Shown piece after piece: positions 1 to 8,248 of a stretch of 13,938 bases of DNA (position 1 is the stretch's first letter; each line of letters starts with the position of its first letter). The position numbers were made by a program, and so were the translations under genes. The DNA is from Octopus sinensis (taxonomy: Eukaryota). Where the stretch lies: NCBI RefSeq assembly GCF_006345805.1, contig NW_021825992.1:1-13938 (forward strand), in the 5' to 3' direction. The notes beneath the pieces were generated by a model, which made no database searches, was not told the DNA's origin, and worked only from the letters and a program-made list of their open reading frames with translations.

Positions 1-38
1 AAATAAAATACGCACGGGAAAGCATACGTAAACACCTA

Positions 39-103
39 ATACATACATACATGCATACATACATGCATGCATACATACATACATACATACATACATACAT
101 ACA

Positions 104-137
<34 letters not shown>

Positions 138-323
138 CATATATATATACATACATACACACATATATACATACATATATACATACATAAAAAACATACA
201 TACATACACACATACACACATACATACATACATACATACATACATACATAAATACATGCATACATACATACATACATACATACTACATACACACATACAT
301 ACATAAATACATGCATACATACA

Positions 324-357
<34 letters not shown>

Positions 358-504
358 CATACATACATACCTGCATACATACATATATACATACACACAT
401 ACATACATATATACATACATACATACATACATACATACACACACACATACATACATACATACATACATACATACATCCATACATACATACATACATACAT
501 ACAT
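39..504. repeat. (TACA)n tetranucleotide microsatellite with TATA/CACA/TGCA variant units
   Basis: Directly visible tandem array. It explains the MYVC/HTYI pseudo-ORFs (36..524, 51..251, 67..306). Confidence 0.98.
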
Positions 505-750
505 GCGTTCACGCAAGCATCCATTCAGCCATTCCGACGTAGCACATCGGCAAATAGACTTCACTGGGTCCGGGACGAGCGATTCATTTCGTTTGGAGGC
601 AATTCGGGTGCAAGGTATTATGTGGTATCGAAAAAACCGCAGTAATGGCGAAGTTGTGGTCCCTACCATTCTCGATCACTTCGGAACAAGTTGTCTCTCC
701 TGGTCTAGAATATTCGGTGTTTCTCTCTCACTCCATATATATTTATAAAT

Positions 751-1886
751 TTATACATATAAATGGAAGCGTTCGTAAGCCGCGTTGTAAATATCAGCCG
801 TCCTTTGTAGGCCATCTGCAGTCTGGCTCGGAGTGGCATTGTCGTCAGCATACTGCATCTCACGGACTGAGATAGCGGAGGTACACGTCTTTGCACGGAG
901 GCGTGCGAGATTGAAGAGTCCATTATCCAAGCGATAGCGCATGTTGACGGAAGGCGAATCTAATGGACTTTCTTTGAAAATGGTGGCCATGTACAAAGAG
1001 AAACCAGTTGGTGCCAGGACGCATCCTTCCTTAAAACCCCCAGTGATGGGAAAAGGGTCTGCGAGGGAATTTTGATGACATACCTTTCCTGCCATACCGT
1101 TGTGGAAGGAGCGGACCAAGGCAATGAAGTCCTCCGGACATTCAAACCGGGCAAGGATGGCTCACATTGCAGGACGGGGGGACCTTGTCAAAGGCTTTCT
1201 TTAAGATCCTAGAAGATGAACATTGCAGGCTGTTGTTGTTCCCGACACTTCTCCTTGAGTTGACGGGCACAAAAGATCATGTCGAAAGCCACACTGGGAC
1301 TCAGGGAGGACGTCTTCCACGAGGGTGAGGAGGTGACTGATTAGGATACGGGCGAAGATCTTACTTGCAATACTCCGGAGTGAGATGCCCCGATAGTTGT
1401 TGCAATCCTCTCGGTCCCCCTTCTTGTAAATGGTGATGATAGTTGCATCGCGGAAGTCGTTCTGGGGGGGGGGGTCTTGTTTTCCCGGATCTTGAGGACG
1501 GGGAGCATCAGATGATTTCTCGGGACCTCCGTGCGTGAAAAACTCAAACGGGATGTTGTCTAGTCCTGGATCTTTCCCCGGCTTCATGCGCGCAGGTGCC
1601 TTGTTGAACTCATGGCATGAGGGTGGCAGAGACATCCAATGGCGGATGAGGAGCTGTGGAGTGTTTCGGAGGAGATCGTCAGGAGTGCGTGAGTGGTCGA
1701 GATGGGACTACCAGCGATCGAGGACTCCCTGGGTGTCAATGATCGTAGAGCCAGCTGCGTTCTTCAGGCCGCCCGCTGATGACCTTGCGGGGCCGAAGAT
1801 CTCCTTGGTTCCGGCATAAAAGCTGCGCAAGTCTCGCATAGTTTTACATCTCCTCTGCTTTCCTCTGTCACCAGATGTTCTGAGCT

Positions 1887-1888
<2 letters not shown>
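751..1888 (-). mobile_element. Decayed RTE-clade LINE fragment (EN-RT linker plus RT domain), truncated at both ends
   Basis: Minus-strand translation across frameshifts and stops gives W*QRKAEEM..DLRSFYAGTKEIFGP, MKPGKDPGLDNIP, DFRDATIITIYKKGDREDCNNYRGISL (NYRGISL about 1378-1398), VLPESQCGFR (about 1282-1302), DMIFCARQLKEKCREQQQP..DLKKAFD, GCVLAPTGFSLY and YADD (841-852). This motif order is typical of RTE-clade ORFs. Confidence 0.9.

Positions 1889-1918
<30 letters not shown>
1889..1918. repeat. (TG)n microsatellite
   Basis: Visible tandem repeat between the RTE fragment and a SINE. Confidence 0.95.
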
Positions 1919-1919
<1 letters not shown>

Positions 1920-1921
<2 letters not shown>

Positions 1922-2184
1922 TGCGAGATCATGGTTCGATTCCCAGACGGGGCGTTGCGTTATGTTCTTGAGCAAAGCACTTCATTTCACGTTGCTCTGC
2001 TATCATTTCCACATCTGACATGTGACGCCCCTTGCACCTGTACAGGTAATGTCGATCTGATGGAAGGAGTGAGCTTATATCTACACAAACATTTGATCAC
2101 TGTAAACAAATCACCTGTGTGTGGTGGTTATTCGGTAAGAAATAGACGGACACATACGTCGTCTAACGACAAGAGAGTCTATCA
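1920..2184 (+). mobile_element. tRNA-derived SINE missing its 5' A-box part
   Basis: B-box GGTTCGATTCC at 1933-1943, followed by TGTTCTTGAGCAAAGCACTT, which resembles the TCCTTGAGCAAG.CACTT central motif of CORE/V-type SINEs. It ends at a TA-rich repeat. Family assignment is from recall only. Confidence 0.6.
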
Positions 2185-2215
2185 TATATATATATGTGTG
2201 TGTATATATATATAT

Positions 2216-2336
2216 TGGCCTGCTCGCTTAGCCAGCGGGGTGCCGTCATTGGAGGCTAAAACAGTGCGAAGCGCATTGTGACAAGCGATGTGTAGCAACA
2301 TCTGATGGCCTGGTCGGTCATGTGATGTGATGTGAT
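2216..2336 (+). mobile_element. Retroposon 3'-end fragment with a (GTGAT)n tail
   Basis: Ends GGTCGGTCAT-GTGAT-GTGAT-GTGAT and then (TA)n. A short tandem-repeat tail is typical of RTE-type LINE/SINE 3' ends. It resembles an octopus repeat end that I recall. Confidence 0.45.
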
Positions 2337-2349
2337 ATATATATATATA

Positions 2350-2394
<45 letters not shown>

Positions 2395-2450
2395 TCATGT
2401 ATGGGTGTGTGTTGAGATGTTGAGAGAGAGAGAGAGAAAGAGAGATAGTG

Positions 2451-2482
<32 letters not shown>
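2335..2482. repeat. Compound (TA)n, (GA)n and (TG)n microsatellites
   Basis: Directly visible. Confidence 0.9.
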
Positions 2483-2556
2483 ATGGGTTCTGTATACCCC
2501 AAATTTCACTCAGAAACTACTAGTCATTCCAAAGTACGAGTAAAAGGAAAGAAAAA

Positions 2557-2634
2557 GCCTGCCGCAAGGGCTTCGTTGCTGTGGGATCGAACTGGGATCA
2601 AGGCGCTTGCGAAGGTTGCTTCTTGGTTACACAG
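2557..2634 (-). mobile_element. Degenerate tRNA-derived SINE head
   Basis: The reverse complement CTGTGTAACCAAGAAGC...AGTTCGATCCCACAGC...CCTTGCGGCAGG has a B-box-like GTTCGATCCC and parallels the SINE head at 9817-9915. Confidence 0.35.
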
Positions 2635-2650
2635 ACAAAAAACTCTAGTC

Positions 2651-2878
2651 GGCGAGCTGGCAGACACGTTAGCGCGCCGGGCGAAATGCTTATTGGTATT
2701 TTGTCTGCCGTTACGTTCTGAGTTCAAATTCCGCTGAGGTCGACTTTGCCTTTCGTCCTTTCGGGGTCGATAAATAAAGTACCAGTTTCGCACTGGGATC
2801 GATGTAATCGACTTAATCTCTTTGTCTGTCCTTATTTGTCCCCTCTATGTTTAGCCCCTTGTGGGCAATAAAGAAATA
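2651..2878 (+). mobile_element. tRNA-derived SINE, monomer (same family as 5876-6875)
   Basis: Head GGCGAGCTGGCAGA, B-box GAGTTCAAATTCC, core GGTCGACTTTGCCTTTCGTCCTTTCGGGGTCGATAAA..GTACCAG, tail CCCCTTGTGGGCAATAAAGAAATA. Aligns by eye with four other copies in this window. Confidence 0.88.
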
Positions 2879-2959
2879 TATATAAACGTATAGTAAGGTT
2901 ACGTTAGAGTTACCAAATGTCTAAGATAAAGGTTGTCACAGGTTTCAGTGAGCGATTTT

Positions 2960-3114
2960 CAAAGGAAAGAAAGGGCGACATGAGCGTTAGGGAGCGAAAG
3001 GGAGACACTGACGTCAGATGTTGTGAAAAAGGAAATATTTAGAATATGAAGTGGTTTTTTAGTGGGGAGAAAACGGAGCAGGTTTATTGTGTGGGGAGAG
3101 GGGGAGAGAAAGAG

Positions 3115-3146
<32 letters not shown>

Positions 3147-3245
3147 ACACGCGGATAGTATTTGTGGATGAGGGAGAGAAAGGAGAAAGGGAAAGGAGAG
3201 AGAGAATGGGGAGTGAGGGAGAGAGAGATTGAGTGAGAAAGAAGT
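2960..3245. repeat. Purine-rich GA low-complexity tract including (GACA)n
   Basis: Visible (GACA)n at about 3114-3146 inside GA-rich sequence. Confidence 0.75.
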
Positions 3246-3408
3246 GTGTATGCTTGTTCTATTTATTTCTAATCGATTTATAAAATATGAAAGCATTTTA
3301 TTAATAAGGAACCCGGACTGAAACAGATGTGGTAAGCGTTGGCGGGGTGGGGTGGGGATGGCAGAGAAATGAAGACAATTTTCATGTCCTGTGGCAATAG
3401 AAGAAAGG

Positions 3409-3410
3409 AT

Positions 3411-3442
<32 letters not shown>

Positions 3443-3443
3443 A
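3409..3443. repeat. (ATT)n microsatellite at the 3' junction of the Dong-like element
   Basis: (ATT)9 plus interrupted units, directly abutting the T-run (the element's A-rich 3' end). Confidence 0.95.
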
Positions 3444-5821
3444 CTTTTTTTTTCTTCTTTCAAATTTGCTTCCATTTCTTGCCGAGTGTCTTCCCGACTC
3501 CTAGGGCAAAGAAACTCATAGTATACATTGGTAGGCCATTAAACCAAACTCAGTAGTTCGTTCATTTTTTTTTTAAGTTAAATTAAAATACATGAGCAGC
3601 AACAGTTCTCACATCGACAATGCTCTTCTCAATACGTGTGATGATGTACCAGTTAAGACAATCTTTTGCACTTCTTGCAGGGATGTTAAGCCAGGGATCA
3701 TTTCATATAATTTTCGGTTCCCTTCTTGATCATTCCTAGTGCTCCTACGATCATGGTATTGTAACCGCCTTGAGATGCCACATTTTCTCAATTTCAATGA
3801 GTAGGTCTTTATATTTTCTGAGCTTGTCAAACTCTTTCGCTGAGATATTATGATCACAGGGGATGCTCATGTCGATCAATAAGCAAACTTTATTGTTTTG
3901 GTCGTTCAAACAATATCTGGTTTATTGGCCTTGATGGTTCGGTCTGTATGTACTGGAAAGTCCCACAGAATGGTTACATTTTCTCCTTCAGTTACAGCCA
4001 CAGAGTGGTGATTATACCATTGTCGGCAGTTTTGATATTGTTAATGCCGACTTATTAGCCAGTGGAGATATTGTCCAACTCTGTCATGTCTTAATTTATA
4101 CTCACTGTGTGCTAAGACTTTACATCCAGAGATTAGGTGGTCCACTGTTCAAATCATGTCGTTGCAGAATCGGCATTTTGGGTCTGCTCCATTTTTCATC
4201 ACATTGGCCTGGTAGTCCGGGTTAATAAGCTTTGATCTTGAGCAGCCAGGATGAAACCTTCGCTCTCTGCTTTTAGCCCTGAGCTCGTAGCCACTGATGG
4301 GTTTGCTTCTGGTCAACATCAGCTTGTTTGCTGCGGGTCACATATTTGCCGTGCAGAGGTTTCCTCCACACCTATCAGCCAATTGCTCGTGCGCTTTTCA
4401 TTGCCATCATTTTCACCTTCTTTGCAACAATAGTTGCCGTACTCCCCTCGGGTTGTTCAGTTTGGGTATCCTGCACGAGATCAATAGCAAATTTTTTGCT
4501 TTCCTTTATGATAGAATGAAGCTTCTTTCGTCTCTCGTAATTTTCCACGAGCTTTAGCATCCAGTCATTCGATATTTCGAGATATTTGGCCAGTCCAATT
4601 GGGTTGTTTTGTAAGCTAGTTCAAATTGGATCAGGCCTCGACCTCCTTGGGCTCTGGGAGGGTAAAAGGCGATCTACGTCTGCCTTTGGGTGGTGCTCTA
4701 TTACAACTCAGCAGCTTGCGTATTTTTCTATCTATATTCTTTACTTCACTCATATTCCAGTTCAACACATTGTAGCTATAAGTAACAACTGGAACTGCTA
4801 AGGAATTTATAGCTAACACCTTGTTACGTGCATTTAGTTCAGATTTCAGGGACTGCACGAACTCTCCTATAACATCCTTCTCTTTCATGCTGCATGCTGA
4901 ATACCAGAGCCTTCATTTATCCCTAAATATTTGTATGTTTGTTCTTGCTCAAGCTCTCTTAGACTGTGTCAAATCTAACACGACTGAATTTGTGGTCTTC
5001 ACTTTCCCTTTCTGGAAAGTGGCCTTGGCACACTTCTCAAGTCCAAACTCCATCCCGATGTCATCGCTGAATGCTTTCACGGTGCGCAATAGACCTTCAA
5101 GTTCATTTTTGTCTTTACCATAAAGTTTTAAGTCATCCATATAAAATAGATGGCTTATTTTTTTATTGGCAATTTTATACCCATACCCTGTTCTGTTTAA
5201 TTCACTTGTAAGGGGTATTAGGGCTATGCAGAATATTAAAGGTGAAAGTGAGTCACCTTGAAAAATTCCACAGTTGATGTATATATTTTCTGAGGCTAGT
5301 ACTCCATTAGAGTGGTATAATTGGAGATTCGTATTCCACAACGACATATTGTGCTTCAGGAAGTTTGAAATCACAGGGGAAATTTTGAAGATGTCCAGCG
5401 ATCTCAAGATCCATGGATGCGGTATACTGTCGAAGGCCTTTTTGTAGTCAATCCATGCGGTGCTGAGATTTCTGCGCTTGTTGTGACAGTTCTCAAGGAT
5501 CATACGATTGATTAGCAGTTGATCTTTGCATCCGTAAGAGCCTCGGCGGCACCCTTTTTGTTCAATGGGGAAAATATCGCTCTTCTCCATGAATGCATAT
5601 GTTTTCTCCGCCAGGATAGATGTTGGGATTTTATACGTGGTGGATAGACAGGTTATAGGCCGATAGTTTTTTGGAAGGTTGGTTTCGTTATTCTTTGGGA
5701 GTAGGTAAGTAATGCCACTTGCTAACCATTCAGGTGTTTTCTTTGGGTCTCTCATAATTCCATTGAGCAGCTGAACTAGCTTACCGTGTGCGCATGGGAG
5801 CGATGCGAGCCAGAAATTCGG

Positions 5822-5822
<1 letters not shown>
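3444..5822 (-). mobile_element. 5'-truncated R4/Dong-clade non-LTR retrotransposon (RT, CCHC zinc knuckle, restriction-like endonuclease, 3'UTR)
   Basis: RT motifs NYRPITCL, EQKGCRRGSYGCKDQLLIN, WIDYKKAFDSIPH, GIFQGDSLSPL, YMDDLKLY and YKYLG (4921-4935). Then HHPKADVDRLY...GGRGL, KPLHG, GFILAAQDQ, CRFC (4164-4175)...HLISGC (4122-4139), RHD (about 4080-4091), KPDIV (3909-3923)...LIDMSIP (3859-3879)...KYKDL. Stop at 3609-3611, about 165 nt of 3'UTR and an A-rich end. Confidence 0.93.
3609..4948 (-). pseudogene. Frameshifted C-terminal half of the Dong/R4-like ORF (thumb, CCHC, RLE endonuclease)
   Basis: Reconstructable by hand through many small indels. It ends ...LQEVQKIVLTGTSHVLRRALSM*. Confidence 0.88.

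Positions 5823-5824
<2 letters not shown>
4949..5824 (-). CDS. Uninterrupted 291-aa reverse transcriptase fragment of the Dong/R4-like element
   Basis: The provided ORF contains the RT core motifs including YMDD. Its ATG overlaps the microsatellite junction, so it is a truncation product rather than a native start. Confidence 0.85.

Positions 5825-5872
<48 letters not shown>
5823..5872. repeat. (ATT)16 microsatellite at the 5' truncation junction of the Dong-like element
   Basis: Perfect array 5823-5870 followed by AT. Confidence 0.97.
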
Positions 5873-5873
<1 letters not shown>

Positions 5874-5875
5874 GA

Positions 5876-6100
5876 AAGGCGGCGAGCTGGCAGAATCGTC
5901 AGGACGCTGGGCGAAATGCTTTCGCCTACCGTTAACGTTGTGAGTTCAAATTCCGCCGAGGTTGACTTTGCCTTTCATCCTTTCGGAGTCGATAAATTAA
6001 ATACCAGTTACGCACTGGGGTCGATGTAATCGACTTAATCTGTTTGTCTATCCTTGTTTATCCTCTCTGTGTTTAGCCCCTTGTGGGTAGTAAAGAAATA
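5876..6100 (+). mobile_element. tRNA-derived SINE unit A
   Basis: Head AAGGCGGCGAGCTGGCAGAATCG, B-box GAGTTCAAATTCC, shared core, tail CCCCTTGTGGGTAGTAAAGAAATA as in 2651-2878. Confidence 0.88.
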
Positions 6101-6267
6101 GGTATTTCTTCTGTCTTTATGTTCTGAGTTCAAATTCCGCCGAGGTCGACTTTGCCTTTTATCCTTTCAGGATCGATAAATTATGTACCAGTTCCGTACT
6201 GGGGTCGATTTAATGGGCTGCCATCCCACCTCCCCAAATTTCAGGCCTTGTGCCTATAGTAGAAAGG
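6101..6267 (+). mobile_element. SINE unit B: headless second monomer fused to unit A, with a different tail followed by ATT repeats
   Basis: Starts at GGTATTTC (internal to the head in other copies) and carries the B-box and core. Tail AAATTTCAGGCCTTGTGCCTATAGTAGAAAGG, then ATTATTGTTATTATT (6268-6282). Confidence 0.85.
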
Positions 6268-6282
6268 ATTATTGTTATTATT

Positions 6283-6496
6283 AAGGCAGCGTACTGGCAG
6301 AATCGTTAGCGTGCTGAACGAAATGCTTGGCGGTATTTCGCCCGTTGCTACATTCTGATTTCAAATTTCGCCGCGGTCGACTTTGCCTTTCATCCTGTCG
6401 GGAGTTAATAAATAAAGTACCAGTTGCGTACTGAGGACGATATAATCGACTCATCCCCCCCCCTAAATTACTGCCCTTGTGGCAAAATTTGAAGCC
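6283..6496 (+). mobile_element. SINE unit C with an (ATT)5 tail (6497-6511)
   Basis: Head AAGGCAGCGTACTGGCAGAATCGTTAGC, diverged B-box and core, tail CCCTTGTGGCAAAATTTGAAGCC. Confidence 0.85.
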
Positions 6497-6511
6497 ATTA
6501 TTATTATTATT

Positions 6512-6654
6512 GGTTTAGCGAAGGTTCATTCTTATTCCTAGGATTTATGTGGGTAGCGGGTTACTCCCTGTAGCCTGAGGCATCCACAAGTTTTCAGCAG
6601 TCTTTCAACTGCTTAGAACCTTCCTGATAATCCTTGATGTCCTTAAGAGACTAG
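6512..6654 (-). mobile_element. Extremely 5'-truncated stub of a second R4/Dong-like element (ORF C-terminus plus 3'UTR)
   Basis: The minus strand reads TSLLRTSRIIRKVLSS* (stop at 6605-6607). This matches the terminal K..LLGT..I.RKVL motif of Dong/R4 ORFs and the IVLTGTSHVLRRALSM* end of the long copy. A roughly 93-nt 3'UTR then runs into (AAT)5. Confidence 0.65.
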
Positions 6655-6875
6655 TATTATTCTTTTCTACTCTAGGCACAAGGCCCGAAATTTTGGAGGA
6701 GGGAGCCAGTCGATTAGATCGACCCCAGTTCGCAACTGGTACTTAATTTATCGACTCCGAAAGGATGAAAGGCATAGTCGACCTCGGCGGAATTTGAACT
6801 CAGAACGTAGCGGCAGACGAAATGCCGCTAAGCATTTCGCCCGACGTGCTAATGATTCCGCCAGTTCGCCGCCTT
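6655..6875 (-). mobile_element. SINE unit D (inverted relative to A-C)
   Basis: The reverse complement begins AAGGCGGCGAACTGGCGGAATC, has GAGTTCAAATTCC and the core, and a tail GGCCTTGTGCCTAGAGTAGAAAAG like unit B. Confidence 0.88.
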
Positions 6876-6883
6876 AAGAGATG

Positions 6884-7100
6884 AGTATTATAGCGAACGT
6901 GGAGGTATTGTTTTCAGTCGTGTTTGTTTGTCCGTGGACAAGATATCTCAAGAACCACTGGACGGATTCGGATGAAACTTTCAGGGATGTTTGGCCTTGT
7001 GACTGGCACGAAGTGATTATATGTTGGGATCGATCCGGTACAGGAAAGGATTCTGGATTATTTTTCTGGATTTTTTACTTAATTTTTGAGAGCGGTTAGT
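6884..7100 (+). mobile_element. Possible non-autonomous Helentron-associated (DINE-1/HINE-like) fragment
   Basis: GGAGGTATTGTTTTC...GTTTGTTTGTCCGTGGACAAGATATCTCAAGAACCACTGGACGGATTCGGATGAAACTTT resembles the microsatellite plus GATATCTC..GAAC..GGAT....ATGAAA core I recall for this class. Termini not resolved. Confidence 0.4.
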
Positions 7101-7112
7101 TTCGTGCGTATA

Positions 7113-7135
7113 TAGATAGATAGACAGACAGATAC

Positions 7136-7223
<88 letters not shown>

Positions 7224-7249
7224 GTAGGTATGTAGATAGATAGATAGAA

Positions 7250-7289
<40 letters not shown>

Positions 7290-7302
7290 GTAGGTAGGTA
7301 GG

Positions 7303-7373
<71 letters not shown>

Positions 7374-7394
7374 GTAGGTAGGTAGGTAGGTAGG

Positions 7395-7472
<78 letters not shown>
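7113..7472. repeat. (GATA)n microsatellite with interspersed (GGTA)n blocks
   Basis: Directly visible. It explains the YLSI pseudo-ORFs. Confidence 0.98.
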
Positions 7473-7879
7473 TAAACATTGATAGGAGAACAAACATAAC
7501 ATTCGAGTCAACGACTTTATAAGACATCACTCGAATTTAATGTTTGTTCTCTTACCAATGTTTTTTTTTTCATTCTGTCTCAATCTCATTTGAGTACTTC
7601 TTTTTTGCAGTCCTATAAACACTTTTGTCTCCTATATATATATGATGGCTGCAAACTCGTGTTTGAGTATTACCTTCGCCTGATCAAAAGTCCCACACAT
7701 GTGAAGGCTAAGACCAGCCATTCTTGTGATAGGTCTTACTTTTTTTTCCAAGTGATGTCTGTGCATGATGATTTTTTTATAGTGGGGAAAGGATTTGCAC
7801 AAATCCAATCCCACTCCCTAAACATGGACAACATAAACTCGAAAAGAACAACTAATCTACATTATCGAATATTGTCAGT

Positions 7880-8215
7880 GTCACAGGTTTTCTCTCGGAG
7901 TTTTCCTCTCCCAGAAAGATGCTATGACAACAACAGAGGGGCCTCCCACTCTCAGTTCGCTTGGACACCAATCCAGGTATTTCCACGTCCCCACACATAC
8001 ACACATGCATACATACACATGTACACATTTTTGGATGGCTGTTAACTGCTCATGAGCTCTTCTGCCCTTTGACGGGTCATATTTTCCGTCCTGCAAGGTG
8101 TCCAACAATCACTCTCCTCACCAAGCAGGCTTGATGAGGTCCCCAGTTTAGTCGCCGCTGACCCGATCATGCAACATGTTGTACTGGGTTACATGTTACC
8201 AGTAGCGTCCAAGAG
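7880..8215 (-). mobile_element. Possible RTE-type LINE 5'UTR-like remnant
   Basis: The reverse complement contains CAGGACGGAAAATATGACCCGTCAAAGGGCAGAAG and CTGGGAGAGGAAAACTCC...AAAACC, resembling RTE 5'UTR motifs from recall only. There is no coding support. Confidence 0.25.
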
Positions 8216-8248
8216 CCACCTGACATAATATACATACACTTGCACTAT

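Noticed and set aside
36-748. Long ORFs (162, 145 and 128 aa) over the TACA array
   Set aside because: They are translations of a stop-free microsatellite. Their non-repetitive tails show no recognisable domain.
505-750. Possible continuation of the RTE ORF downstream of YADD
   Set aside because: I could not recover the expected YLG or RW.GH motifs in any frame, so it is left unassigned.
3385-3408. Short similarity to the SINE tail (CCTGTGGCAATAGAAGAAAGG) before the ATT array
   Set aside because: Only about 24 nt with no SINE body upstream, too short to annotate.
2651-6875. tRNA genes or a CRISPR-like array suggested by recurring A/B-box repeats
   Set aside because: The repeats are 170-230 nt diverged SINE copies without a full cloverleaf or regular spacers, in eukaryotic DNA.
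7017-7530. 164-aa and 144-aa YLSI-repeat ORFs
   Set aside because: GATA microsatellite artefacts.
7590-8045. 151-aa plus-strand ORF with a nearby polypyrimidine-AG (7598-7610) suggesting an exon
   Set aside because: No recognisable protein motif or convincing donor site, a non-ATG start, and overlap with probable repeat sequence.
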